A DNA stretch of 63,563 bases, filler included, from Collodictyon triciliatum (taxonomy: Eukaryota): NCBI GenBank assembly GCA_043381765.1. It is 5 parts of 5 records of this genome, joined end to end, with 100 filler letters (N's around TTAATTAATTAA, not from the genome) between each part and the next. Parts side by side here need not be neighbours in the genome. Positions count along the whole stretch, not along the records: positions 1 to 17,063 come from JBHJMP010000726.1; 4 more parts are not named here. One strand, 5' to 3'. Under the pieces are notes generated by a model. The model was not told the DNA's origin. It did not search any database and saw only the letters and a program-made list of their open reading frames with translations. The stretch's first letter is position 1; each line of letters starts with the position of its first letter. A program made the position numbers and the translations under genes. Shown in pieces: positions 1 through 13,500 of the stretch.

Positions 1-89
<89 letters not shown>

Positions 90-593
90 TCATTTCGTGT
101 CCTCTGTGTTCCAATAAAGTTTTCTTTTTTCATCGTTAAGCTCTCTCACCCAAAGCACATTCGATAAAGCAGGAGTGCGTTGAATAGATTCGAATATACA
201 CACAGTTTTCAAATCCTGGCCCCAATAGCCAACAATTCTTTTCTGCTCGTTTTTTTATTATTATTATTATTTTTTAATTTGAATAACTTCGTTGTGAGTA
301 GGACACGTTAAGGTTCTTTTCCTTTTTTTCTGTTTTATTATTATTAATCATTACTTTGACCTCATCTTTAATTAATCCTTCCATAACTCATTCCCTTTGC
401 GCACTATCTTGAAACAGCCAAGGCAAATAAGACAAAAAGAAAAAAACACAGGAATGATAAAGTTGGGCGCCTCACGCCAAAACGATCGTTTATATACTTC
501 TAAAATACCTCATCCACAAACAATCCCTTTTATAAAAACTTTATATGACTCCATCGATGAAAAACCAAAAAAAAAAAAAAAAAAAAAAATATT

Positions 594-666
<73 letters not shown>

Positions 667-910
667 GGACTCTTCAAACGAGTGACCATATGACCCAAGT
701 AATAAATGCAATATATATATATGAGAAGAGGAATAAAAAAAAAATATTGCAAAAGAGATAAAGCCATGAAAATCAGACCGTAGATCCAAAATCGAATCCG
801 ATCTTACCAACCCGAACACAAACGCGCATCATCAACGAAACCAAAACCAAAAAATAAATCCATAATTGCTCACAGGGCATCGAAGAGGACAAAAAAAGAA
901 AAGAGCCCGA

Positions 911-1812
911 ATGAATCCCACGCCCAGCGAGCCGAGCGGAGCCGAGTGGGCGACAGACGTGAGCCATCTCTTCAACAGCCCAAAGGACAGCGACGTGACA
1001 TTCATGGTGGAAGGCGTCCTCTTCTACGCGCACAAGCATGTGATCTGCACACGCTGCCCGTATTTCCGCAGCCTGCTGGATAAGCTTGTGCAGTTCAGCG
1101 ATATGGAGGTCCAAATCGACATCCGCGATGCATCGGCCGAGCTCTTTGCCATTCTGCTGCGCTACATCTACACAAACATGGTCATCTTCCCGCCCACGCA
1201 GGCCTGGTCGCTTTACGCCCTCTCCCAGAACTACCGCCTGCAGGATCTCCAGGTCCGCGTCCAGCTCTACATGGCCTCCACTCTCAATGCCGACAATCTC
1301 TACCAGATCTGGAGCCATGCCCAGCTCATGGGCGCACGCTTTCTAAGCAAGATCTGTGCTGATTACTTTGAAAAGAACGTCGCAAACGCATCGGCAAATC
1401 GTGCTCTCCCAACCCTCGGCACAACACTATTCCTTAATCATCTCTCCATCGAAAACGGTGTCGGCATCTCTGTCCAGAATCCTCCCCAGTCCGTCCACGG
1501 GATTTATCCTTCTCTGTCTTCATCGGCTCAGAATCAATCTCACAATACTGCAGCACCTGCGATTTCCGAATCGTCCCCGCAAGTTCACCCGTCGGCTTTT
1601 CTTGGTGGCTCGTTTTCTCAGGGCGGCTCTGCGCATCAAGGCTCCGCTCAGGCATATCACGTCCAGCCCTCAGTATCCCCCTCATCAGCATCTTATCCAA
1701 CTCAGTATATGGGTATTATTTTTACTTCTGTTATTTTTCATACTCCCTAATCCTCTTTTTTTTATTCTCTTTTTTTTTATTCTCTTTTTTTTTATTCTCT
1801 TTTTTTTTATTT

Positions 1813-1908
<96 letters not shown>

Positions 1909-2008
1909 NNNNNNNNNNNNNNNNNNNNNNNNNNNNNNNNNNNNNNNNNNNNNNNNNNNNNNNNNNNNNNNNNNNNNNNNNNNNNNNNNNNNNNNNNNNN
2001 NNNNNNNN

Positions 2009-2094
<86 letters not shown>

Positions 2095-3976
2095 GAGACG
2101 ATTGAAACTGTGACGATTTACATAATTGCCCGATATCCAGGCGACCCCCTCGGGATGGAAAGAAGGAACTCCGTTACATCACTATTCAGCAGCGGCGGAT
2201 TCGACTTTCCATCTTCGGCGTACGCAGGCGACTTCCAGGACATACCCAACGAGCATGCACCCATGGGCTACAGCCCATTCAGCTCAGGCACAGCTGCCAC
2301 CCTGCCGGACGAATTTGCAGGCTCCTCGCAACAGCTCACAACACCTGCCACATCCTCAAAGCCAACGACGACTACTGCACCGTCTCAATTCTACGCAACG
2401 CCGTCCATCTCAGCAACCCCTTTCACAATTGCATCTCCAGGCACCGGACCAGTAACGCACTCATTCTCAGCAGAATCCCATGCGTTCTCCATAGCCCCTC
2501 CGGAATTCGCTGCCGAGCAGGCCCGCGCAAAGCCCATACGCGAGCAAGCACAAACCAACAGCACCGACGCAGACAAAGATTCCAGCCATGCAAGCCGCCC
2601 CGGTGACAATCCTGACGACACTGAGAACGATAATGAGGAGTCGGCCTTAATGGAGGTCCAGAAGTTTCTCAACACCAGCGACACCGCACCAGACAAAGAC
2701 CAAGAGTCTGAAACGCAAGCAGCAACAACAACAACGTTAGACAGCATCAAGGCACTGCATCCTATGCATGCCGGGACGAAGCAGGAGATTGGGACATTTG
2801 CGACCCCAACGCCGATGCAAATACCGACTGCATCTTCCATTCCGATACAAACGCAGATGCAGATGCCGCTATCAGCCGCGAATCACCCACACTGCTCTTT
2901 GGGTGTACGAGATGATAAGACGGAGGGAGTCTCAGCTCGGAGGGATTTCCCCATCTCCTTTCCTGCACCGCGCCCGCGTACCCACTCACAGTCGTCGGCC
3001 ACATCGTCAGACAGCCTGGAGAAGGTGCTGATTCTGATGAAGGGTCTGATCCCGCTGATCCAGGTTGCCCTTGCGGCGGATCGGTGCTCCATCTACGTCC
3101 ACGATTCAACGCGCTCTGAGCTCTGCACGCTCTTCAGCGCAGGCCCCGACGTGATGCACCTGCGCATTCCAGACACGACAGGCATTGCCGGCTCCGTCTA
3201 CAACAGCGGCCGCCTGGTCAACATCGCAGACGTCTACTCAGATCCCCGCTTCTACTCGTCGGTGGACCAGAACACCGGGTACAAGACAAAGTCGATGCTC
3301 TGCGCCCCGGTCCGGCTCGCTGCGGCCTCCCGCACGGCCGGCGTCATTCAGGCCATTAACAAGCGCGGTGGAGTTGCGTTCTCGCCGGCGGATGAGCAGC
3401 TGCTCCAGCACTTTGTTGCTGTTGTTGCTGCCTTCTTGGAGCGTGTGCAGGAGGACGCGGGTGTGCTTCGGGGCGTCGGCGCAAAGAGCAAGGGCTTTGG
3501 AGCTGCGGATGACAGCGGAGACGATGACGAGAGCGCGACCCAGCTCACAAACCGTTCCGTCTCCGAGGCTGACGATAGCCACAGTGTACTTACCCATCTT
3601 TATATCTGGGCATATCAGAGCATATTTTGCTCTCTCTTTTTTCTCTCTCTTTTTTCTCTCTCTTTTTTCTCTCTCTCTTTTCTCTCTCTCTTTTCTCTCT
3701 CTCTCTCCTCCTTTTTCATTTCAATACAGCCATGCTTCTCATTAAACTCGGTGCCACTAGCAAATCTCCGGCGCCTCTGGCCGTGAGCGCACGCGGTCTT
3801 TGGGCAACCAGGAGCCGCGCTTCGAGACATTCCACATCGACCCGAACCAGAAGCCTCGCAGGCCAAAGAAGCCCGTCAGACAGAATCCATCAGAGACGCA
3901 CGTGCAAACCAACCAGCAGAAAAAGTACAAGTCTGGCCAGTTTCCGGTCTTTCATTTCCGCACATCAAAGAAGTAA
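911..3976 (+). CDS. BTB/POZ(-BACK-like) domain protein with C-terminal PDE-type GAF domain; predicted exons 911-1712, 2141-3585, 3761-3976
   Basis: Exon 1 has the BTB signature SDVTFMVEGVLFYAHKHVICTRCPYF...FAILLRYIYT. Exon 2 has the GAF signature ADRCSIY...GIAGSV...NIADVYSDPRF...D.NTGYKTKSMLCAP...VIQAINK...F...DEQLL. The GT-AG junctions (g|gtatta...ccag|gc; agt|gtactt...ctag|caa) keep frame to TAA at 3974-3976. Intron 1 spans an N gap. Confidence 0.75.
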
Positions 3977-4421
3977 TTTAATGTGTGCATCTCTTCTCTT
4001 CTCTTCTCTTCTTTTCAGAGCCACCCCATTATTTTATCGCTGCCGCCACCCACTGCTTATAATTCTGTGCGCACGGCTGCTACATTAACATTATATGCCA
4101 CATCTCTGCTTCGTGTTTTCTCCTTTGTAATCCTCGCTCTGTGCTGGAAACCGGCACAAATGAAGCCCCCGCCTAAGGTCCTAGGAGTATACTGTTCTCG
4201 CTTGTATTAGCTTTGTTGTGTTTTGTTTTTAGGATATTTTTTTAGTCAATTTGAGTTGTGAATGTCAAAAAGAAAATAATCGTGGCAATAGCAAAATGGT
4301 GAAAGAAAGAAAAGAAGGATAAAGAGAGGGAGAGATGCAGTTCAAGAACAGGAGAAGCAGAAGGGTACGGTAAAGGACAGCGGCCGGGCGGGGCTGTGCG
4401 GTGGGCGCCTCCCGCGGCTCT

Positions 4422-7283
4422 TCAGGAAAGGAGGGCGATGATGGCCGAGGGCGTGTCTTTGTCGTTGAGGTGGATGGTTGTGTAGCGGATGGCGTCGAGA
4501 AGGCCCCCCTGTGGGGTCGGCTGTCTCTTGAGCAACTCGATGCATCTCTTCACCTGCAGCCGTCCGGGTTTGGTTTGGTTTGGTTTGGTTTGGTTTGGTT
4601 TGGTTTGGTTTGGTTTGGTTTGGTTTGGTTTGGTTTGGTTTGGTTTGGTTTGGTTTGGTTTGGTTTGGTTTGGTTTGGTTTGGTTTGGTTTGGTTTGGTT
4701 TGGTTTGGTTTGGTTTGGTTTGGTTTGGTTTGGTTTGGTTTGGTTTGGTTTAGTTTGGTTTGGTCTTGTCACCACACGACATTTTTTCTTTTTCTTTTTC
4801 TTTTTCTTTTTCTTTCTCTTTCTCTTTCTCTTTCTCTTTCTCTTTCTCTTTCTCTTTCTCTTTCTCTTTCTCTTTCTCTTTCTCTTTCTCTTTCTCTTTC
4901 TTTTAGATACATATATTGTATTTTCTATTTGTGGTGAGACGGGTCTTACATTCACGGGACTCTTCTTGTGGAAAGCTCCGAGGGGATTTACGTGGTCGTA
5001 AAGGATGAGGCACCCGGTCATCCCTCGCAATACAAACTCGACAAGTTCTGGCTTTTCAATTCTAAGGAAAGAGTCGTGAGAGAAGAACAAAAAACCATTC
5101 ATCGAAAAATTGGGACTCAGGCAATCAGTCTTTTTTTTTTTCTTCTGTGAACTGGTTATATTTTTTGTGGGTTCATTGTTTTGGATGAATTATTCTTCTA
5201 CCGAGAAACATACACTGCGATCGATGGTATTATAAAAGATTTTGAATTTTGGGGAAAAGGTGAGAGGATTATGCGTACTTTTTTCGGCTGACCATTCCCT
5301 CAAGTATATTTGCAAGGAGGGCAAGAATTTCTGTCAGCGTTTCTACGCGTGTGCTGGGGTTGTCTAGTAGGTATTTCTTTGTGGAATCAACAACCACTCG
5401 CATCATCTACGGTGTCGAGAGGAAAGATAAAGTGGTCAAATATTTATATGTAATGTTGGAATTAGAACTTTAATGCTCTAAAACTCTAACCAAGGTGATA
5501 GAAAAATTTGCGAATACAGGGAAAAAAAAACCATGCACAAGGAGACACTGAATGGTAAACTCAAATGTAAAGGATGAACTCATGGGGGAAAATTGAGTAT
5601 CGTACGGGTGTTGGGCTGGCGAAGAAGAGGGAAATCTTGTTTGCTAGCTCGTCTTTCATCCTCCCTTGTGTTTCGTCCTATTGAGATAGTTGCTGTTAAA
5701 ACTATAATCGAATAGTTGAAGTGCAAATCAATAAGCTTTTAAAGAACTTGGTTAATTAATATATATGTAAGGTGGGGCAGTAATATGCGGGAAACCAAAC
5801 ACAATGCGGGTGTAGGAGAGTGATTAAGATAGGAATGTACTTTAGGGCCCTTGGAGCGGCTGGTAGTTCTTCGGTAATAGGAGAAGTCATTTTGTATTTG
5901 AGGGCACCCCATCTGAAAGAAAATTGTCATATAACCAAATATATTTATATATACATAACACAATTGGCGCTCAGTTGATCAAACTGAATGAATCTAAGAA
6001 TTTGCTTTTAAATAAAACACCTTTTTCTGATCAAAACGGAGGATAAAATCAAATAAGTGAGCCAGTTGCCTAGTCAGAGCCTACAAAAATATTCATAGTT
6101 GATCAGCCTTGTTCTTTTTGATTGGAATTTTCATTAGATTGAGATATGTCTGACATGGGGAGAGGGAATCATGAAACCGAGGAAGAAAACTCCAGGTTCT
6201 AATTTGTATTCATAAAAATGAGGTAACCTGCTGGTCTTGAAGATGCTGGTCCCCAGAAGAACGTGAAAATCCTCTGAAAAGCAATCGCACAACTTCGTCT
6301 GCACATAAGTATAAATTCTAAGTGAATACAAAACACATTTTTTGGATTTATTTAGAGCTTTGGGAGCAGAACTTATTACGAGTGGTAATTTAATGTAGAC
6401 ACATCATGAAGACTTGTGGGGAATGCGCACTGATAATATGTTGATATAATTTTGAATCCTAACCTATACGGCTACTGTATTCGTAAAACTCTCGTTGGAC
6501 TTCGACGCACGGAGCAACTTCCTTCCATGCCGCCTCTTCGGTTTCTTTGCATGGATTTGACATAGCCTATAGAAAAGAAAAGGAAGAAATTCACCCCGAA
6601 ATATGAATTTAGAGTGTGTATTCTGTTTCTTGCGTAGATTTGTATTTTCTCTTTGTAGGCTGCGGTAAAATTGTCGGTACTAATTCAGTCGTTAGAATAT
6701 CAACAACCAAAGAATTTGAATGAAGCTTATCGGTATAGATGTTCATTACTCCTACCTGTCGAATCACTTCGCCACATCCTTTGTAGCTCCCAACCTTCTC
6801 TAGGTATGTCGGTGAGGCCCGCAGAATATCCTCCACTTGCTCGTAGATCTGACGCTCTTCAGGCGAAGAGGGGGTGGCATCTACATATGTTCGTCCGTGT
6901 GAATGTTTTTCGTTAAAAATACGAGAAAAATCTAGAAAAAAGCCAGACAAAATAACAGGTTTCACTTCTTTTTTTTTCTCATTTTCTTGGTTTCCTTTTA
7001 TTTCTCTTTGTGTTTTTTGTTTGTTTTTTGTTTGTTTTTTGTTTGTTTTTTGTTTGTTTTTTGTTTGTTTTTTGTTTGTTGTTTTTGCTTTCGTTAAAAA
7101 AACAACTTGTGTGAGTTTTAAAGTTTCTGTAATCTTCGTTTACTTTCATTTTCCCGGTTAGATTTTGGTACAACTTTGACGATGAAAGCGAGCGCAATAT
7201 GAGTTATAAAGGGTACTTTCAATGTCGATGAAGATGTCTGGTGACTCCTTTGGTGAAGACAGGTAGGAAACCAGTTGGCCCAT
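4422..7283 (-). CDS. CYRI: CYRI/FAM49 family Rac1-binding protein (about 10 exons)
   Basis: Spliced translation MGQLVSYL...IFIDIE/ATPS.EE...YKGCGEVIRQ/AMSNP...AW/FDFILRFDQKK/MGCPQIQNDFSYYRR/ANKISLFFASPTP/FVLRGMTGCLILYDHVNPLGAF.K.SPVN/VKRCIELLK...LLDAIRYTTIHLND..TP matches the DUF1394/CYRI family. Introns are GT-AG. Confidence 0.93.
4569..4903. repeat. (TTTGG)n followed by (TTTCTC)n microsatellites filling the last CYRI intron
   Basis: Directly visible. Confidence 0.95.
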
Positions 7284-8453
7284 CTCTTACCTAAGCAGGT
7301 GTTGGTTTTCGCAGGAAAAGGAGAGGAAAAAAATTAATTTTGTTTCGCTTCGGTTGCAAAGCAAAGCAAAGCAAAGCGAGCTACCTCTGGTTTGAGTGAG
7401 TGTCTGAGAAAAACTTTGGCACACAACATTTGCTATGATTTTATCGTGAGTTGAACAACNNNNNNNNNNNNNNNNNNNNNNNNNNNNNNNNNNNNNNNNN
7501 NNNNNNNNNNNNNNNNNNNNNNNNNNNNNNNNNNNNNNNNNNNNNNNNNNNNNNNNNNNNNNNNNNNNNNNNNNNNNNNNNNNNNNNNNNNNNNNNNNNN
7601 NNNNNNNNNNNNNNNNNNNNNNNNNNNNNNNNNNNNNNNNNNNNNNNNNNNNNNNNNNNNNNNNNNNNNNNNNNNNNNNNNNNNNNNNNNNNNNNNNNNN
7701 NNNNNNNNNNNNNNNNNNNNNNNNNNNNNNNNNNNNNNNNNNNNNNNNNNNNNNNNNNNNNNNNNNNNNNNNNNNNNNNNNNNNNNNNNNNNNNNNNNNN
7801 NNNNNNNNNNNNNNNNNNNNNNNNNNNNNNNNNNNNNNNNNNNNNNNNNNNNNNNNNNNNNNNNNNNNNNNNNNNNNNNNNNNNNNNNNNNNNNNNNNNN
7901 NNNNNNNNNNNNNNNNNNNNNNNNNNNNNNNNNNNNNNNNNNNNNNNNNNNNNNNNNNNNNNNNNNNNNNNNNNNNNNNNNNNNNNNNNNNNNNNNNNNN
8001 NNNNNNNNNNNNNNNNNNNNNNNNNNNNNNNNNNNNNNNNNNNNNNNNNNNNNNNNNNNNNNNNNNNNCTGTACCTATCATTGCTACTTGTGTAGCGGCA
8101 GTAAAGAAGCCAACGCCTCGTTTCGATGAATAGTACATATTGAGCTGATAACATATGATTGTAATGAGTCTAATATTTTGTATAAATTATGTACATATGT
8201 ATTATAATCGTCTTTTTGGTGCATGTTTTGAATTTAATTGTAAAGCTGTACATATTATGTACATATATTCCACATTTGATAAGGCCACAAGGCCAAACCT
8301 GGCGCAGATCAAATCACAACTGCGTTCGAGATCACCACTTTTGCGAGGCAGGCAAGCTGGAACAGTTTTAATCACAGGACGAACGGTGATAACAGCCACC
8401 ACAAGGAGTCAAACAAGAGAGAAAGACCCAATGCTTCATTTCCTTCCAGATCG

Positions 8454-9727
8454 ATGGAGAAGCCGAGACGCCCAAACATCCTAATTACTGGAACGCCTGG
8501 GACTGGCAAGACAACGCTTTCGGAGGAGCTTAGCCGCGCAACAGGGCTGAGACACGTAANNNNNNNNNNNNNNNNNNNNNNNNNNNNNNNNNNNNNNNNN
8601 NNNNNNNNNNNNNNNNNNNNNNNNNNNNNNNNNNNNNNNNNNNNNNNNNNNNNNNNNNNNNNNNNNNNNNNNNNNNNNNNNNNNNNNNNNNNNNNNNNNN
8701 NNNNNNNNNNNNNNNNNNNNNNNNNNNNNNNNNNNNNNNNNNNNNNNNNNNNNNNNNNNNNNNNNNNNNNNNNNNNNNNNNNNNNNNNNNNNNNNNNNNN
8801 NNNNNNNNNNNNNNNNNNNNNNNNNNNNNNNNNNNNNNNNNNNNNNNNNNNNNNNNNNNNNNNNNNNNNNNNNNNNNNNNNNNNNNNNNNNNNNNNNNNN
8901 NNNNNNNNNNNNNNNNNNNNNNNNNNNNNNNNNNNNNNNNNNNNNNNNNNNNNNNNNNNNNNNNNNNNNNNNNNNNNNNNNNNNNNNNNNNNNNNNNNNN
9001 NNNNNNNNNNNNNNNNNNNNNNNNNNNNNNNNNNNNNNNNNNNNNNNNNNNNNNNNNNNNNNNNNNNNNNNNNNNNNNNNNNNNNNNNNNNNNNNNNNNN
9101 NNNNNNNNNNNNNNNNNNNNNNNNNNNNNNNNNNNNNNNNNNNNNNNNNNNNNNNNNNNNNNNNNNNNNNNNNNNNNNNNNNNNNNNNNNNNNNNNNNNN
9201 NNNNNNNNNNNNNNNNNNNNNNNNNNNNNNNNNNNNNNNNNNNNNNNNNNNNNNNNNNNNNNNNNNNNNNNNNNNNNNNNNNNNNNNNNNNNNNNNNNNN
9301 NNNNNNNNNNNNNNNNNNNNNNNNNNNNNNNNNNNNNNNNNNNNNNNNNNNNNNNNNNNNNNNNNNNNNNNNNNNNNNNNNNNNNNNNNNNNNNNNNNNN
9401 NNNNNNNNNNNNNNNNNNNNNNNNNNNNNNNNNNNNNNNNNNNNNNNNNNNNNNAAAAAAAACAACACAAAAAAAAAAACAATTGTAGAGAACAACTAAG
9501 AATAGCGATTTGTGAATATGATCGGTATCAAAGATTCCTTCCATGAAGACTAATTTTAAAAGATAGATGATTCATTTTTTTCCATTCAATTATTATATTT
9601 ACTCGAACAGATAATTGTTATACTGGATAGCAACACACCCGAAGAGATGATGGCCAATGCCCAAAGAGTCCAAGCATGGCTTACATCTCACATCCATGGT
9701 CATTACCCTGGATTCCAACCACTATAA
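8454..9727 (+). CDS. AK6: Adenylate kinase 6 (AK6/Fap7/CINAP); middle lost in N gap
   Basis: N-terminus RPNILITGTPGTGKTTLSEELSRATGLRH. Last exon 9611-9727 IIVILDSNTPEEMMANAQRVQAW...TAA matches the AK6 C-terminus. Confidence 0.88.
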
Positions 9728-10161
9728 AGTCTTTAAACATGGAATTGAGGCGCGCTCCCGCAAATATACTTCATCTCGCGACCTGGTGGTGCTGTCACAA
9801 ACTCTTACAACCCTAAAATAAAAACAAAATTCACCAAAAAAATGAAAAAAGAGTAGAAAACTTAAATGATGAATGAGCGCTTCAATTTTATACTTTTATT
9901 CTCAAGACCTATTGCCAACGAAGGATGTTATCGACATTGCGAAGTGTCTTTGTACCACTGCACCTCCAAAAAGCCCAGCGAAACAACAAACCAAAGCCGC
10001 AACCCCCACGAAAGTGACATTGCCCACCTACCAAAGCTATGTAGCCGACTATGTAGTTGCCAGACGAGGGTCAATCTGTGGGTAATTTCCTTAAAAAGCA
10101 GTGATTCCGTTGCGCGATTAGTTTTTGCTGTTTCTGCCATTTGGGGTTCGATCGGATTCAT
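9722..10161 (-). CDS. Possible small spliced gene encoding a one-TM protein, convergent with AK6
   Basis: A phase-compatible GT-AG chain gives MNPIEPQMAETAK...THRLTL/VGNVTFVGVAALVCCFAGLFGGAVVQRHF...GN/RSRDEVYLRERASIPCLKTL*. No family recognised. Confidence 0.3.
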
Positions 10162-10597
10162 CACTTCCAATCACGTTCCTTGGTCGCGGTCAAAGCAGAG
10201 GTGCAAAAGAATAGTATGTGCTGAAGTTAAGGATTAAGCCTGAGGTCTCTGCCAACGCCTTTCATATCCATAAAACTAGCGAGGAATCACAGAAGATTAC
10301 CTCCAATTGCTTTGGGGCTTTCCTCTATTTCCTTTTCATTTCCTTTTTTTTTTTTAATTCTTCCTGTTCGAGATACGCCCCAGAAAACCAGAGTATGCCT
10401 ACTTCCCCGAAATAAATTGCCACTAGCCACCTTTGGTTCGCTCATTTCCCTTTCCTTTCCTTTCCTTCCCTCTCCTTGACATAGCTGTTCTGCTAGCAAG
10501 CAAAGGTGGCTTATCGGAGTAGGAAAGAAACTAAGATTCATTTCAAAGAAAATAATAGTAAAAAGCACCAATAAACCCAATAAAACTCAATAAACAG

Positions 10598-13500
10598 ATG
10601 TATCGTGATTTCTGTCCCGTGCGTCCAGAAGACAAATGGTGGAGTGACCAGCAATACGAAGGCCTTCAACAGCGCATTTTAAATGCAAAGTCCACTATCC
10701 AAGACGATCCTCCCCCGGAATTTACGCACTTGAAAGTGAACTACAAGAGGAAAGTACAAGAGAAAGGTATGTGCACAACTCTATTATATTCACACACCAT
10801 TTTCTAGTTACTTTATTTCTGTTAAAGACGCTAGGGAATATAGAGTTTCATAATCAAAATGTTTTAGTCATGTGATGATATATCAATGACGGTATGATTG
10901 GTAGAAGTAGATTTGCTTATGAGTATACGTCAGAGAACTATTTCTTCACAGCTTTATATATTGTGTGTATGTGTGTCTGTGTGGTTTGCTGACTCTATTC
11001 TGTATATTTATATTGGACAATACCAACTTTGTTTTTTTCCTTCCTCTGGAATATCGAGTGGTATCATTTTTTCTTTTTACTCATCATATATCATTTAATT
11101 CAACCAGAAAAACAAAGGTTGATTGAAAAAGAGACCGAACGAATTAATTCTCGGATCAGTGTCGTCTCTGTTATCCGCAACGAGCAAAAGCAGACCGCGC
11201 CACGGACGAAGTCTATGATTGAAAGTTATCAAAAGAAAGAGGCGGACAGAATATACCGAGAGAATCTGGTTTGTAGCAGAGAAAATAAAGAACATGTCAG
11301 CCCTTCTAGCACTCCAATTTTTATGAATCATTATGACACTCTTTTTCATATATGTTTTTTTTTTAATATTTTTTTTATTTGTTGGTTCTGGTTTTTTCCT
11401 TTCTTAACTTTACTTATAATTATTAACCAAAAATCCGAAATGTTGTGCTTGAATATACTTACGATCATAAATCGATTCAAAATAGGCGCTATTTGCTCGT
11501 TTACAAAGCAAGAAGTCCTGCTACAACCACATCGAAGCTGAGCGACAATACCAACAATCCCAAGTATATGTACGTCAAATCTCAACATTCGCATATACAT
11601 CACCAAGGAAACCATACCGACCGCGGCATTTGGAGCCACTATCTCTTTATTCAGAAAGCGATGCAGATGCAGATGGAGATGTACATAATGTCGTTCGCGA
11701 GCGTGCTGACCACGGGACATATGAAGCCGCAGATGAAGATGAGTCTTACATAAATGCGGCTGAATCTGCTCGAAGTCAAAAGATGACATTAGATTCTGCA
11801 AGATATGACCGCCCGCATGTTACATATGAAAAGGCGGCATCAGTCGGGGCATCTCCGAGGATATCAAGAATACGCAGAGGGAATAAAAGCGAGAATCAGA
11901 GTCAGAACGTATCAAAATTCACCATCCAAGAGTCAAAGAATCCGAGGCCGGCTATGAAGCCTTCAAAGCCTGATGGGCCCAAGCCTGCTGGCCTCAACAC
12001 AGCACCGCAATCTCGCAAGCTTGTTGAAGTACCCAAGAAAGCTGAGGCCAGAAAGTCGGAGAGCGTCGATGGAGTAGACACAAATGAACAACAAGAGAAT
12101 GGGAATGAAATGTCGAAAGTAAACGTGCGTCATCAAAGTATGGAAAACCAAAACATAGGTTCACACGGATGCGAGGAATTCGAAGAAAGAGATAGCCATA
12201 ACATCGATTTAATTGCAAACAGTACTACAAAACGCGCAGAGAGAGCAGGAAGTAATGACAACAAAGTATCCAGTGATGAAGCAGAAAACAGGTTACATGA
12301 CGGAGGCGATTCCGATGAAAATACTTTTGATCAGGAGGATAGTGAGGAAATCACAAATGATGATTCCCATGACACCAGTGATTCGTATGAAACCGATGAG
12401 GAAAAGGAGGGCCACGAGATACAAAATACCGATGGTGAAGGAATGGGTGATAAGTTTGAGCATTCAAAAGAATATGGCTCAGTCATTGGATGTATGAAGA
12501 GAGAAAGGAATCCAAATAGCCAAAACGATATCGAAATCGGAGATGAAAACGGTGTCGATGAAGATGGTCAGGAAGTTGAGCCGATGATTACTACATCAGA
12601 GCAACACACACAAACAATGAGTCAAGATGAGATGGAAGTTGAAAATTATGAGCTTCATGGTAAGCCAAGCAGTCATTTTGAAGCAACGAGCCCCATTGTT
12701 CGTGAGAACTGTAAAAAGGATGAAGTCTCAAGAAAAAATTCAGAAAATGACAACCTTCCTACACAACCTGATTCATATCTTTTTGGAAAGAGAATCCTAG
12801 GTAAGGATTCCGAGCAAGAAGAGATAGATGAGGGACTTACGAAAGAAACCACAGATGAGAAAGCAGGTGCATCAACAAAAGAAATAGTGCATAAAGCAGC
12901 CCAAGAAATAACACACGAATTACAAGAAGCAACACAAGAAGAAGCAACACAAGAAGAAGCAACACAAGAAGAAGCAACACAAGAAGCCCAAGAAGAAGCA
13001 ACAGAAGAAGCAACAGAAGAAGCAACAGAAGAAGCAACAGAAGAAGCAACAGAAGAAGCAACAGAAGAAGCAACAGAAGAAGCAGCACAAGAAGCAACAG
13101 AAGAAGCAACAGAAGAAGCAACAGAAGAAGCAGCACAGGAAGCAACAGAAGAAGCAACAGAAGCAACAGAAGAAGCAACAGAAGAAGCAACAGAAGAAGC
13201 AACAGAAGAAGCAACAGAAGAAGCAACAGAAGAAGCAACAGAAGAAGCAACAGAAGAAGCAATCCAAGACGCACAAGAAGCAACAGAAGAAGCAGGACAA
13301 GAAATAGCGCAAGAAGAAGCACAAGAAGCAGCACAAGAAGCAACCCAAGAGGTAACAGAGGAAGCAACATATGATTTACAAGAAATAGCGCAAGAAGCAG
13401 CACAAGAAGCAGCACAAGAAGCAGCACAAGAAGAAGCACAAGAAGCAGCACAAGAAGCAGCACAAGAAGCAGCACAAGAAGCAACACAAGAAGCAGGACA

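Noticed and set aside
1356-2093. Poly-F, poly-K, poly-L and X-rich ORFs throughout the track
   Set aside because: They are translations of microsatellites, homopolymers and N gaps.
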